The notes under the pieces: model-generated
What the model saw: the letters and a program-made list of their open reading frames with translations, nothing else
What the model was told of the DNA's origin: nothing
Database searches by the model: none
Virus genome (UHGV): UHGV-0128395
Length of the DNA: 44,690 nt
Origin: a virus
Direction: 5' to 3' (one strand)
Position numbers and translations under genes: made by a program
Part shown: positions 1 to 10,342 of the stretch, piece after piece
Layout of the letters: every line of letters begins with the position of its first letter
How positions within the stretch are numbered: the first letter of the stretch is position 1

Positions 1-430
1 TCACTAGATTCTGACGATTTCCAGAAGGGAGATTCAGCAGGCCAGCATCTGTAATCATTCAGATTTGCTGGCTTGCTGCTAAATATGGTTGCTAAGAAAA
101 ATAGCAGGCCAGTAATTTATTCAGATTGCTGAATATAATAATTTTTCAGGAACGGTTATGCTGAAGGTAGTATGTTTAATCGACACAATTATTTGCTGTG
201 TCTAATATGAGGTGACATTTTTATGATCACTGACCAGCAAGACTGACCCGTATTGATTAGCCTGATTATTGGCAACTTATTGGGGTAGTCATTTTGACAT
301 CCAATGGGGGAGGTTTCCAGTTAAGTTCACGAATGCATGATGATTTGCGTTCACATATCGAAGTACTGGTTGACTATACTAAGGATTTTAAGATAACTCA
401 CTGATTGTAAGTGGGTTATTGCGAGGGGGA

Positions 431-452
431 TGATAAATGGTGTCCCCTGCAG
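431..452. repeat. attL core, 22-bp direct repeat tgataaatggtgtcccctgcag
   Basis: Exact copy of 40494-40515, which overlaps the 3' end of tRNA-Arg. Confidence 0.85.
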
Positions 453-525
453 ACATCTACTTGAAGCGGCAGGGGATTGATTGGAATGGTGTTTTTTAGA
501 TGTGAAAAATATTTTACCCGCTATT

Positions 526-726
526 TTACCCATTGGCGCGGCTTAAGAGCTTATTTTTGAATTCACAATGGTCACGATATAACCATCTTGCTCGCCCGTG
601 GATAACTTTGGCTTTAGGCAGGTCCCCGGACTTAATCCGGTCATAGATGAAGGTTTTACCAAAGCCAGTATCAGCCATGATGAATTTCAAATCAACCAGT
701 GAATCAGGCTGTAGTTCGTGTTGCAT
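526..726 (-). CDS. torI: TorI-like excisionase / AlpA-family DNA-binding protein (66 aa)
   Basis: Translation MQHELQPDSLVDLKFIMADTGFGKTFIYDRIKSGDLP... matches recalled TorI of KplE1; internal ATG at 726 (track ORF starts at TTG 741). Confidence 0.8.
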   Translation of the reverse strand: MQHELQPDSLVDLKFIMADTGFGKTFIYDRIKSGDLPKAKVIHGRARWLYRDHCEFKNKLLSRANG

Positions 727-770
727 GAGTGCTATCTCCAAATAGGGAATCGAACCTGCAAATCAGGCAA

Positions 771-791
771 TAAAAAACCGCCATCAGGCGG
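771..791 (-). terminator. Hairpin ccgcc-atca-ggcgg followed by U-run on minus strand, upstream of torI
   Basis: Inverted repeat with flanking A6 on plus strand. Confidence 0.3.
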
Positions 792-1000
792 CTTGGTGTT
801 CTTTCAGTTCTTCAATTCGAATATTGGTTACGTCTGCATGTGCTATCTGCGCCCATATCATCCAGTGGTCATAGCAGTCATTGATGTTCTCTGCTTCGAT
901 AACTCTGTTGAATGGTTCTCCATTCCATTCACCTGTGACTCGGAAGTGCATTTATCATCTCCATAAAACAAAACCCGCCGTAGCGAGTTCAGATAAAAGA

Positions 1001-1019
1001 AATCCCCGCGAATGCGAGG
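1001..1019 (-). terminator. Hairpin ccccgcgaatgcgagg followed by U-rich tract on minus strand
   Basis: Lies just after stop of gene 1024-1263; same 16-mer recurs inverted at 18631-18646. Confidence 0.3.
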
Positions 1020-1023
1020 ATTG

Positions 1024-1263
1024 TTATTCATTGCTGATATTCACCTTTATCGCGAACACCTTTACCGGTTTATCGCCGAAGTGCGGATGTGTGATTGTCT
1101 TGATTTCATATCCGTCATACGGAACATCAATTCTACGGCTGGAATCGTCGCGCTTCGGATATCCCTTTGTGATAATCAGGCGGTCATGCTTACGGTTAAC
1201 GAGGCGCTTTTTCCAGTAGTCATTAACAAGGCGATACTCTTCCGTTTTCTCTCCGCGAATCAT
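1024..1263 (-). CDS. Hypothetical small protein (79 aa)
   Basis: Track ORF 1024-1437 overlaps upstream gene by 137 nt; internal ATG at 1263 preceded by GGTGA. Confidence 0.35.
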   Translation of the reverse strand: MIRGEKTEEYRLVNDYWKKRLVNRKHDRLIITKGYPKRDDSSRRIDVPYDGYEIKTITHPHFGDKPVKVFAIKVNISNE

Positions 1264-1300
1264 GGCATCGAAGTATTCACCTTTAACGGCAAGTTGCAAG

Positions 1301-2158
1301 TTAGCCACGGTTAACCTCCTGCTTCGGTGCTGCTGGCATTTCACGCCAGTGCGTAACTGAGTGCGGATCCGGATATTCGGTGCCATCATCCCAGCGATTA
1401 CCATTCCACATTGCAGACCACATCTCACCGTCTTCATACATGACCATTACCGGAATTAACTTATCCGGCATTCGCTCACTACAGCTTATCCAACCATCCG
1501 GAGTTACCGGATAGTTGCCCGATAGCGCATTACGCAATCGCTCCAGCTTCACGTATTCCTGAACCCTGTTTCCGTCGCATGCCTGAAGCCATTGCGCAGC
1601 CTTTTGCGCATCAGTGTGAAAGGCACAAGTGCGACCGTCATCAAATTGCATTTCGTAGAGGTCAGCAACTTGTTCAAACTGCGTGTGTTGTGACTTGTAA
1701 GTTTGGCTTACAGGTTCGGCACCATGAAGCATGGCGTCGCTCCGCTCTATGCCATCCAGCGCGATTCGCAGTGCCTGAATTGTGGTAGAGCTATCGTTTG
1801 GGGCTATTCCATATCGCTCGAATACAGCGATATGGCCGCGTATAATCTCAGGCGTAAGCTCTTTGTAAGCATAAGCAAGAGGCTCTGATGCATTATCCGG
1901 CACAACCGACACAGGCGCGGCAGCATAAACAGGAAAAACGTCCGATTGATCTTTATTGCTTTCATCCGTCAAAGCCCAGAATAATTTTCCGGCCGGATGT
2001 TTGAAAATATAAGCAACTGGTTCTGCTTCCAGCGATGCCAGTGCAATTCGTGCCAGTTCTTCCGCTTCTTCTGCTGGCAGTACAACGTTGCTACCAGGTC
2101 CGTATGTTTCGCGCCACTGCTTGATTGTCAGCAGTCGCTCTTTGGTAATAGTGGTCAT
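1301..2158 (-). CDS. Hypothetical early protein with DUF551-like C-terminal domain
   Basis: 285-aa ORF; C-terminal W/Cys-containing segment typical of DUF551 phage proteins. Confidence 0.55.
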   Translation of the reverse strand: MTTITKERLLTIKQWRETYGPGSNVVLPAEEAEELARIALASLEAEPVAYIFKHPAGKLFWALTDESNKDQSDVFPVYAAAPVSVVPDNASEPLAYAYKELTPEIIRGHIAVFERYGIAPNDSSTTIQALRIALDGIERSDAMLHGAEPVSQTYKSQHTQFEQVADLYEMQFDDGRTCAFHTDAQKAAQWLQACDGNRVQEYVKLERLRNALSGNYPVTPDGWISCSERMPDKLIPVMVMYEDGEMWSAMWNGNRWDDGTEYPDPHSVTHWREMPAAPKQEVNRG

Positions 2159-2364
2159 TTGTTAATCCTCAAAACTTTATGCCCGGGCGCAAAAGCACGC
2201 GTTTTGTCTTTGCTTATTCGCCACCCGTCTTTACGCGCCTCTTTTGCACAGCCAGCCCATGACGTACCGATATATTCACCGAAGTCTGGCGTTTGATATT
2301 TACCATTTGTACACTGGCGACAATCACAGTAGAGATGCATGGTGTAACTTGCGGCAATAGCCAT
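2155..2364 (-). CDS. Hypothetical Cys-rich small protein (69 aa)
   Basis: ORF with 4-nt start/stop overlaps to both neighbours; CDCRQC motif. Confidence 0.45.
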   Translation of the reverse strand: MAIAASYTMHLYCDCRQCTNGKYQTPDFGEYIGTSWAGCAKEARKDGWRISKDKTRAFAPGHKVLRINK

Positions 2365-2365
2365 A

Positions 2366-2929
2366 TCACTCTCCTTTGATGCGAATGCCAGCGTCAGACA
2401 TCATATGCAGATACTCAACTGCATCCTGAACCCATTGACCGCCAATCCCGTAATAGCGATGCGTAATGATGTCGATAGTTACTAACGGGTCTTGTTCGAT
2501 TAACTTCCGCAGAAACTCTTCCAGGTCACCAGTGCAGTGCTTGATGACAGGAGTTTTCCCAGGATGGCGAACAACAAGAAACTGATTTCCGACTTCACGG
2601 ACTTCGTTGCTTTCCAGTTCTGCAATGCGCTTCTCTGCGGCTTCCAGCTCAACTCTCAGCTTCCCTACCGTTAGCGCAATATCCTCGTTCTCCTGGTCGC
2701 GGCGTTTGATGTATTGCTGGTTTCTTTCCCGTTCATCCAGTAGTGCCAGCACGGTTTCTGGTCCGGCCAGAAATTTGAAGGCGTTGAGCGCATCAATATC
2801 CACACCGTAATCTTTAAGTTCCTGTTCGCTTATCAGATCATCATCAACTGGCAACATTAACAGGCGTTCCATTGCCGGAATTGCACGTTCTGCCGCCTCA
2901 CGCAGTGCCTGATAGTTAATTTTGGTCAT
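2366..2929 (-). CDS. Ead/Ea22-like early protein
   Basis: N-terminus MTKINYQALREAAERA... and coiled-coil middle resemble Ead/Ea22 family. Confidence 0.5.
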   Translation of the reverse strand: MTKINYQALREAAERAIPAMERLLMLPVDDDLISEQELKDYGVDIDALNAFKFLAGPETVLALLDERERNQQYIKRRDQENEDIALTVGKLRVELEAAEKRIAELESNEVREVGNQFLVVRHPGKTPVIKHCTGDLEEFLRKLIEQDPLVTIDIITHRYYGIGGQWVQDAVEYLHMMSDAGIRIKGE

Positions 2930-2930
2930 A

Positions 2931-3230
2931 TCACATCACCCTGAAGCCGTTGCATTTACGTAAAAAATCGCAGATATAGCCCTTCATTTTTTCGTGCCAA
3001 TCTCGATCATTCCCATTGCACCAACCATCAGGTGGAGTCCAGTTTTCTATCAGAGCAGCCATTTTCTTTGCTTTCGCCGGAGTAGCTGTTGCGGTATCGC
3101 AGTAATGACGAGTGTCAACCAACGTATCCATACCATCGATATCAAGTACGCAAAACCATGTGTGATTCGGCATTTCAACAGATGGTATTTGTTGCCCACG
3201 TCGACGTTTATCAATAAGACATACAGTCAT
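2931..3230 (-). CDS. Hypothetical protein (99 aa)
   Basis: ORF in operon context. Confidence 0.45.
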   Translation of the reverse strand: MTVCLIDKRRRGQQIPSVEMPNHTWFCVLDIDGMDTLVDTRHYCDTATATPAKAKKMAALIENWTPPDGWCNGNDRDWHEKMKGYICDFLRKCNGFRVM

Positions 3231-3772
3231 GGTTCCACCTTCTCTATTTGCTTAAGACCGTCTCTCACTGCATTAAGTACGCGTTCCAGATACTGGTATT
3301 TCGGGTTTGGTATTGTAGGCCAGTTGGCATACCACGGATCATCACCAAAGAGATTCAGTAGTTTGTTACCGACGCCGAAACAGCAGCAGCTTTCTTTTAC
3401 GTCATCGGCGTTTTCCGCCTCGTACCACATTTCGCGAGCCAGTACGGCGTCGATTTCTCTCTCTCTTCGTAACTTTATGATTTCTGACTTCACGAAAAGC
3501 AGATTTGCATCGTTGTCATCGTCGACCGTGCTTCGCAGTTGAGGGTCGAAATTGTCGATTAGATAGTCGTTGCTGACTCGCTTAATGAACGTCTGCACAT
3601 CATCACCGCCCATAGCAAACCAAGCCGCAGTCCACGCTTTTCCGTAGCAGGTGATGGTGATTCTTCCCTTTCCAGGTTCGTAGTTTTCAATCATCACTCG
3701 AACCGGATCTAGTCTCTCTGCACCGGTTATAACGAATGACAACACATCAATCTTTTCAACCGTTACACTCAC
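3227..3772 (-). CDS. Hypothetical protein (~181 aa)
   Basis: GTG at 3772 preceded by AGGAGG with 6-nt spacing; track ORF extends to 3793. Confidence 0.5.
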   Translation of the reverse strand: MSVTVEKIDVLSFVITGAERLDPVRVMIENYEPGKGRITITCYGKAWTAAWFAMGGDDVQTFIKRVSNDYLIDNFDPQLRSTVDDDNDANLLFVKSEIIKLRREREIDAVLAREMWYEAENADDVKESCCCFGVGNKLLNLFGDDPWYANWPTIPNPKYQYLERVLNAVRDGLKQIEKVEP

Positions 3773-3936
3773 TGGTTGCCTCCTTTGCGCCACATCGCAT
3801 TCAGATATTTGTTTTTATTCACTGATGGAAAAGAATTTCTCTTAAGCAATTCCTCTCTCGATGGCATTGGCTTTACGCGTTGGCGAATAATCATTTCTGC
3901 CGGAAGAATGCCGGGATTGTATGCAAGTCCTCTCAT
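3769..3936 (-). CDS. Hypothetical small protein (55 aa)
   Basis: ATG overlaps stop of upstream gene (ATGA); its stop overlaps next GTG (GTGA); below the 60-aa track cutoff. Confidence 0.3.
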   Translation of the reverse strand: MRGLAYNPGILPAEMIIRQRVKPMPSREELLKRNSFPSVNKNKYLNAMWRKGGNQ

Positions 3937-4214
3937 GATTTACTCTCCACGAACTGGTCAATAGCCAGGCTAAGTGACACACCTAAATTCTCGATATGTT
4001 GCTGAATATCCTGTAGCGTCTGCGCCTGAGATAACAGGATTTCACGGTTGCATAATTCTTTAACCAGATGCTCAAACTTGCTGTAATAACCGATACGGCT
4101 TAGTGTTTCTTTCCCTGCATTCTCGCCTTCTTTGACAATTCCTCTTTCGCTAAGAATCAGATCGTGTTTGGTTCCGGTGATAACGTATTTGCCGAGGTCG
4201 ATGTTTAGCTTCAT
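3933..4214 (-). CDS. Hypothetical protein (93 aa)
   Basis: ORF in operon context. Confidence 0.45.
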   Translation of the reverse strand: MKLNIDLGKYVITGTKHDLILSERGIVKEGENAGKETLSRIGYYSKFEHLVKELCNREILLSQAQTLQDIQQHIENLGVSLSLAIDQFVESKS

Positions 4215-4230
4215 TGTTAATTATTCCATG

Positions 4231-4545
4231 TTAATTTATTCGTATGCCTGCTCTTTCTTCATCGAGTTTTTTTAGCTTGTATCGCATAGCTCTTACTGAA
4301 TAAATTGAGCGGCAGGTTGCAATTGCTATTTCTTCTGCGGAGAAATTACCGAAAAGTGATACTTCGGCTCTTGTCCAGCGTCTTCCACGAAGTCGGCTAA
4401 CAATGTCAGCTCCAATCCTTGTTGCTTTCGCCATTACTGCTTTTTCAGTCCTTTCCAGTTTTTCAGCGATAACTTCAACTGGCATTGTCGCCGCTACTTC
4501 GCGCAAGAAATCGACTTCCCATTTCTCCCATGGAGTCTTTTTCAT
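4231..4545 (-). CDS. Hypothetical protein with two tandem HTH-like repeats
   Basis: Internal duplication of a W..E..(E/V)IA...R...AV motif. Confidence 0.4.
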   Translation of the reverse strand: MKKTPWEKWEVDFLREVAATMPVEVIAEKLERTEKAVMAKATRIGADIVSRLRGRRWTRAEVSLFGNFSAEEIAIATCRSIYSVRAMRYKLKKLDEERAGIRIN

Positions 4546-4556
4546 AGGCGATACCG

Positions 4557-5045
4557 TTATTTGATAAGAAGTGAAGGTTTCCCAACTTTGAGTTGAGCAC
4601 CGGGAATATTTATTCCTGCTTTTAGTTGGTGTTTGATTGCCAGTTTGTCGGCTTTAATTGTCGTTTCAAACTCAACGTATTCAGGAGGAAGGGCGCTTGA
4701 GTCGATGATTTCTACAGTTTCTGACGGTTTGCGGATTGTTACCTGGTGAATACCTGCTCGAATCTTTTTCTTGCCAACCATTTCAAGCGATGACGCTATA
4801 TACGCCATAATGCTATCAATCTTATTTTGAATTACTGCTGCTCGTTCATTCAGTGACTTTGCCTCTTCCTTGAGGCGTTCAGCATAACCAGATTCATTTT
4901 TAATAATGGCGAGAAGTTGCTCTATTTTATCGGTAAATTCTCCTTCCATTCCTTCTATTGTGTCAGCAATCATCTCTGGTTCTAAATCTGAATCCATCAA
5001 TTTTGCGTATTCATTGGCAATTTCATACAGTTTGCTCACTGGCAA
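4557..5045 (-). CDS. Gp157-family phage protein
   Basis: 162-aa protein directly upstream of RecT, as in Gp157-RecT modules. Confidence 0.45.
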   Translation of the reverse strand: MPVSKLYEIANEYAKLMDSDLEPEMIADTIEGMEGEFTDKIEQLLAIIKNESGYAERLKEEAKSLNERAAVIQNKIDSIMAYIASSLEMVGKKKIRAGIHQVTIRKPSETVEIIDSSALPPEYVEFETTIKADKLAIKHQLKAGINIPGAQLKVGKPSLLIK

Positions 5046-5925
5046 CCTCCAGTTTCGCTTTGCATTCTATGTAAATGGCTTGTACGTTCTGCTGCAATTT
5101 CATTCCAGATGTCAGGCGATATGCTTCTGCAAAATATCGCTTCAAATCATCCATGTTTTCTGCCTGAGCCATTTCATCGCAAAGAAGTTGTGCTTTATCC
5201 ATTATTTCCTGCTGGCGTTTCCGTTCATCTTCGCGGATATCTTCCTCTGATTTGTGCGGCATAACTGGTTCCTGATGCATACCTTCATCTTCGTTAAGCA
5301 GGTGAATGGCATTATCCAGTCGCTGGGCTTTAGGCCAGTATTTGCTGGCGCGTTTAACTATTGTTTTACGCGCCATCTCTTCCCAGAATGTTTTCCACGG
5401 TCCATTCTTTGCCTTGCTCGTTGCTTCAACTGCTTTAATTTCTGCCAGACTCATTTCTTCAGTCAGGTAGTCACCATCTGCTGTTTTAACCGTGCAATAA
5501 CCTCCAACAATAGAGCCTCGCTCACCAAATGCGTTGTATTTGTGGGTTGGTGCTGAATCAAGGCCATTTGATTCATAGGTGTCGTTTGAGTACACCAGTT
5601 TGCATTGCCCCCACTTAATTGATCCTGTCGATTGCGCAAGATGAAGTAATCCCATGTAACTGATATCAAGGCACACCATGCCTTCGCGAGGAACCAGATA
5701 AGCCAGTTTGCTGGCCGGGTTTAAGGTGATGCCGATCGCCGCAACATTGATAATGGCGTTCTGTGCGCTGGTTGGATTTGCCAGTGCCGTTTTAGCCAGG
5801 TAATCATTTTTCTGGAAATACTGAATTGCAAACTGGCTTTCCTTAGCCCATGTCAACGCCTGTTCAGTCAATGCTCCGCAGAATAACTGCTCCTGCTGTT
5901 TAACGAATTCAACGATATTGCTCAT
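5023..5925 (-). CDS. recT: RecT-family single-strand annealing recombinase
   Basis: Motifs ...NGPWKTFWEEMARKTIVKRASKYWP... typical of RecT. Confidence 0.85.
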   Translation of the reverse strand: MSNIVEFVKQQEQLFCGALTEQALTWAKESQFAIQYFQKNDYLAKTALANPTSAQNAIINVAAIGITLNPASKLAYLVPREGMVCLDISYMGLLHLAQSTGSIKWGQCKLVYSNDTYESNGLDSAPTHKYNAFGERGSIVGGYCTVKTADGDYLTEEMSLAEIKAVEATSKAKNGPWKTFWEEMARKTIVKRASKYWPKAQRLDNAIHLLNEDEGMHQEPVMPHKSEEDIREDERKRQQEIMDKAQLLCDEMAQAENMDDLKRYFAEAYRLTSGMKLQQNVQAIYIECKAKLEVASEQTV

Positions 5926-6233
5926 GCTGCTTCTCCATAAATGTGTCTGCGTTTGAATATTGCGAAGGCATATTCAGCCTTAACTCTTTCGGTTATTGCA
6001 TCCCAGAACCATTCAGCGGCTTTTTCCTGATAGTTACAGTCATCATCTTCCAGCCAGTCGATAGCGTCCTTAGTGTGTTCATCTGGTTTATATGAGCGAA
6101 GCATTTCGCTTATTGGGTCGCAACGTTTGCAGAGGCGATCAACTTCACTGTTGATTCGTCCGTAATCTTCATCAGTAAAACTTGCGATTATTTGCGATAT
6201 TTCACGCTTATCATTCAGAGTCAGAATCATCAT
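5922..6233 (-). CDS. Hypothetical protein (103 aa)
   Basis: ORF overlapping recT start. Confidence 0.45.
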   Translation of the reverse strand: MMILTLNDKREISQIIASFTDEDYGRINSEVDRLCKRCDPISEMLRSYKPDEHTKDAIDWLEDDDCNYQEKAAEWFWDAITERVKAEYAFAIFKRRHIYGEAA

Positions 6234-6318
6234 CTTTCTCCTGTTCTTTGTGCTGATTGAGCATTTTGTTCATCTGACGAATGAATTCTTCGTCTGACCA
6301 GTTATCTGTAAAACTCAT
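6211..6318 (-). CDS. Hypothetical small ORF (35 aa)
   Basis: ATG overlaps upstream stop (ATGA); acidic C-terminus. Confidence 0.2.
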   Translation of the reverse strand: MSFTDNWSDEEFIRQMNKMLNQHKEQEKDDDSDSE

Positions 6319-6467
6319 TTCCTGCGATACCACGGAAGATTGATAGCTGATTTCATCGCTTTATTTGCTTCAAGCCACATTTTTGAATCACCAATAAATC
6401 GGGCTATTACTGCTTTGTTCTGTGCTGCACGAAGCATCTGGTGATTGATGGCTATTTCATTGCGCAT
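6315..6467 (-). CDS. Hypothetical small ORF (50 aa)
   Basis: ATG preceded by GGAGG. Confidence 0.25.
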   Translation of the reverse strand: MRNEIAINHQMLRAAQNKAVIARFIGDSKMWLEANKAMKSAINLPWYRRK

Positions 6468-6586
6468 AACGCCTCCAGTTGTTTCTTTGCTGCTCTGATT
6501 AATTGTTTAACTCGGCGTGATAATTCAGATTCGTGCGGGTAGAAAGCGGACATGACGCCGCTACCCGCGAGCTGAAAGTGCATCAT
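6452..6586 (-). CDS. cIII-like small protein (44 aa), putative FtsH inhibitor
   Basis: AAGGAG RBS 6 nt upstream; segment LAGSGVMSAFYPHESELSRRVKQL resembles lambda CIII core. Confidence 0.4.
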   Translation of the reverse strand: MMHFQLAGSGVMSAFYPHESELSRRVKQLIRAAKKQLEALCAMK

Positions 6587-6661
6587 GGGTAACTCCTTAT
6601 ATTTGATTGCATAACGAAAACGCCTCGAGTGAAGCGTAATTGGTATGCGGTAACGCCGCGC

Positions 6662-7030
6662 TCAGGCGGCTTTGATAGTCATATCATCTGGATCAAATAT
6701 TCCTGATGTATCGATATCGGTAATTCTTATTCCTTCGCTACCATCCATTGGAGGCCATCCTTCCTGACCATTTCCATCATTCCAGTCGAACTCACACACA
6801 ACACCATATGCATTTAAGTCGCTTGAAATTGCTATAAGCAGAGCATGTTGCGCCAGCATGATTAATACAGCATTTAATACAGAGCCGTGTTTATTGAGTC
6901 GGTATTCAGAGTCTGACCAGAAATTATTAATCTGGTGAAGTTTTTCCTCTGTCATTACGTCATGGTCAATTTCAATTTCTATTGATGCTTTCCAGTCGTA
7001 ATCAATGATGTATTTTTTGATGTTTGACAT
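6662..7030 (-). CDS. Hypothetical protein (122 aa)
   Basis: ORF with GAGGA RBS. Confidence 0.45.
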   Translation of the reverse strand: MSNIKKYIIDYDWKASIEIEIDHDVMTEEKLHQINNFWSDSEYRLNKHGSVLNAVLIMLAQHALLIAISSDLNAYGVVCEFDWNDGNGQEGWPPMDGSEGIRITDIDTSGIFDPDDMTIKAA

Positions 7031-7050
7031 CTATTCATATCCTCATAGAT

Positions 7051-7076
7051 AAAAAATCGCCCTCACACTGGAGGGC
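7051..7076 (-). terminator. Rho-independent terminator (tL-like) on minus strand
   Basis: GCCCTC-N6-GAGGGC stem followed by U6 on minus strand. Confidence 0.5.
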
Positions 7077-7204
7077 AAAGAAGATTTCCAATAATCAGAA
7101 CAAGTCGGCTCCTGTTTAGTTACGAGCGACATTGCTCCGTGTATTCACTCGTTGGAATGAATACACAGTGCAGTGTTTATTCTGTTGTTTGTTCCAAAGT
7201 GAAT

Positions 7205-7447
7205 TTAATCAGCAATAAAATCTTCTGGTAATTTATCAACCACTTGATGGCTTATTATCAGCCATTTTCCATCCTTCGTTTCGTATGCGTATTTCTGGTT
7301 TTTTATCATCAGGTGTTCAGCTACTGCCTTAACTGCCTGTTCGGTGACATCTTCTTTCTTTCCTACCCACATTCCTTTTTCAGTGTTTAATGTTCCTTGA
7401 AAAATACGACCGCTTAATGGGCTTGCGCCCATGGTTTTAATTTTCAT
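7205..7447 (-). CDS. Hypothetical protein (80 aa)
   Basis: ORF. Confidence 0.45.
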   Translation of the reverse strand: MKIKTMGASPLSGRIFQGTLNTEKGMWVGKKEDVTEQAVKAVAEHLMIKNQKYAYETKDGKWLIISHQVVDKLPEDFIAD

Positions 7448-7474
7448 ATAGCACCTTAAAAATAAAGGCCACCA

Positions 7475-7726
7475 TCAGGCAGCCTTGTTGTAAATGTTGC
7501 AGGTATCAAGTAAGTAATTAGATGGAGCGCCATAAATTATGAATTCATCGTTTGTCGGGTCCATCTCCATCTCTTGGCCTATTGCCATTCTTGCGTCAGT
7601 GTCATCAGCGGCGAAGCATAAAACAGCCCACGCACCCATTGTTTTAAAAAGAACTGCAATTGGCTGTGGTTTTACTGAATTTGCGTTAGCGCGAAAATCA
7701 CAAATCGCACTTTCATGAAATTCCAT
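7475..7726 (-). CDS. Hypothetical protein (83 aa)
   Basis: ORF with GAGGTGA RBS. Confidence 0.45.
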   Translation of the reverse strand: MEFHESAICDFRANANSVKPQPIAVLFKTMGAWAVLCFAADDTDARMAIGQEMEMDPTNDEFIIYGAPSNYLLDTCNIYNKAA

Positions 7727-7734
7727 ATCTCACC

Positions 7735-7899
7735 TCAAATAAGTGGTTTGCCGCGAAAATAAATACGTTCCCACCAAGTTCCGTATCTATCTATCCAGTT
7801 ACACCAATCATCGACACTCCATTTTGTTGTGTCGCATTTTGGCAACTGGCATGAATATCTACCTTCTTTGTAAAGTCGGCGTTTGACTTTCTTGAGCAT
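7735..7899 (-). CDS. Hypothetical Cys/Trp-rich small protein (54 aa)
   Basis: ATG 5 nt after N stop with GAGG upstream; below track cutoff. Confidence 0.3.
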   Translation of the reverse strand: MLKKVKRRLYKEGRYSCQLPKCDTTKWSVDDWCNWIDRYGTWWERIYFRGKPLI

Positions 7900-7906
7900 G
7901 ACTACC

Positions 7907-8239
7907 TCAATCGTAATAAGCCGGAATTGATTTTCCGCGTTGCTTCTGGCGGCCTGAGCAAGTCACACCCATTTCACTCCGTGGCTTGCTGTACCATGTG
8001 CGCTGATTCTTGCGCTCAATACGTTGCAGGTTGCTTTCAATCTGTTCGTGGTATTCAGCCAGCACTGTAAGGTCTATTGGATTCAGTGCGCTTTCTACTC
8101 GTGATTTCGGTTTGCGATTCAGCGAGAGAATAGGGCGGTTAACTGGTTTTGCGCTTACCCCAACCAACAGGGGATTTGCTGCTTTCCATTGAGCCTGTTT
8201 CTCTGCGCGACGTTCGCGGCGGCGTGTTTGTGCATCCAT
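7907..8239 (-). CDS. N: Antitermination protein N (lambda type)
   Basis: From internal ATG: MDAQTRRRERRAEKQAQWKAANPLLVGVSAKPVNRPILSLNRKPKSRVESALNPIDLTVLAEYH... matches recalled lambda N. Confidence 0.85.
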   Translation of the reverse strand: MDAQTRRRERRAEKQAQWKAANPLLVGVSAKPVNRPILSLNRKPKSRVESALNPIDLTVLAEYHEQIESNLQRIERKNQRTWYSKPRSEMGVTCSGRQKQRGKSIPAYYD

Positions 8240-8397
8240 CTGGATTCTCCTGTCAGTTAGCTTTGGTGGTGTGTGGGAGTCGTAGTCCTGAACGAAAACA
8301 CCCCGCGATTGGCACATTGGCAGCTAATCCGGATTCGCACTTCCGACCAATGCTTCGTTTCGTATCACACACCCCAAAGCCTTCTGCTTTGAATGCT

Positions 8398-8428
8398 GCC
8401 CTTCTTCAGGGCTTAATTTTTAAGAGCA
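8398..8428 (-). promoter_or_regulatory. nutL (boxB GCCCTGAAGAAGGGC plus boxA-like TGCTCTTA)
   Basis: Minus-strand sequence matches recalled lambda nutL. Confidence 0.7.
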
Positions 8429-8473
8429 TCACCTTCAATGGTGGTCAGTGCGTCCTGCTGATGGCTTAAAATT

Positions 8474-8511
8474 ACAAGAAAGATTGTATGTTGTAAACAA
8501 GAAATATTGTA
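8474..8511. promoter_or_regulatory. OL operator repeats (two 15-bp ACAAGAAAnnTTGTA sites, 23 bp apart) and pL region
   Basis: Same 15-bp motif as the three OR sites. Confidence 0.5.
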
Positions 8512-8591
8512 AAAAGAGACGTGAAAAACAAACTCCATTGTTTTTAAACGGAAAATAGTTTGTTTTTTGGTTATCGAGATTGAGGTGTGGA

Positions 8592-9944
<1,353 letters not shown>

Positions 9945-9952
9945 GACATTCC

Positions 9953-9984
9953 CGCTCTTACACATCCCCGCCCTGAAAAAGGGC
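9953..9984 (+). promoter_or_regulatory. nutR (boxA CGCTCTTACACA, boxB GCCCTGAAAAAGGGC)
   Basis: Matches recalled lambda nutR. Confidence 0.7.
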
Positions 9985-10060
9985 ATTACCAGAAACAAAT
10001 CTCTATGGTTTTGCGTTTCTTTGCGAAGCCAACTCTATCTAATTATTAAGGAAATTATGT

Positions 10061-10342
10061 ATGGGTACTATTGCAACTAAAAGCAAGAAAGCGGCTCGCA
10101 TCGAGTCAGCCTTGCTGAACAAACTGGCTCTGATGGGGCAGAAGACATTCGCTCGAGCAATGGGGGTTCCTGAATATCAGGTAAGCCGATGGAAGAATGG
10201 TTTCTTCTCGCAGGTAAGCATGATGCTGGCTGTTCTGGAATACGGAATCGAAGACGATGAAATGGCTGAATTGACTAAGCGGCTTGCCGATTACCTGACA
10301 AAAGAAAAAGCCCCGAAGAACGGCGAATTCTTCGAGGCCTGA
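10061..10342 (+). CDS. cII: CII-type transcriptional activator
   Basis: ARIESALLNKLALMGQKTFARAMGV...VSRWK resembles lambda CII. Confidence 0.8.
   Translation: MGTIATKSKKAARIESALLNKLALMGQKTFARAMGVPEYQVSRWKNGFFSQVSMMLAVLEYGIEDDEMAELTKRLADYLTKEKAPKNGEFFEA
10297..10334 (-). terminator. oop-like antisense terminator overlapping cII 3' end
   Basis: CGAAGAA-N7-TTCTTCG stem followed by U-rich tract on minus strand. Confidence 0.35.

Noticed and set aside
351..533. 60-aa minus-strand ORF spanning the attL core
   Set aside because: Crosses the chromosome/prophage junction, has no RBS and runs into the torI 3' end; likely chance ORF.
881..1314. Plus-strand ORFs 881-1219 and 1012-1314
   Set aside because: Antisense to minus-strand genes of the early-left operon, no RBS; typical shadow ORFs.
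1024..1437. Full-length 137-aa version of the track ORF
   Set aside because: Its first 58 codons overlap the upstream gene in another frame; the internal ATG at 1263 is more plausible.
2607..3542. Plus-strand ORFs 2607-2810 and 2994-3542 (Ser-rich)
   Set aside because: Antisense shadows of minus-strand genes with low-complexity translations.
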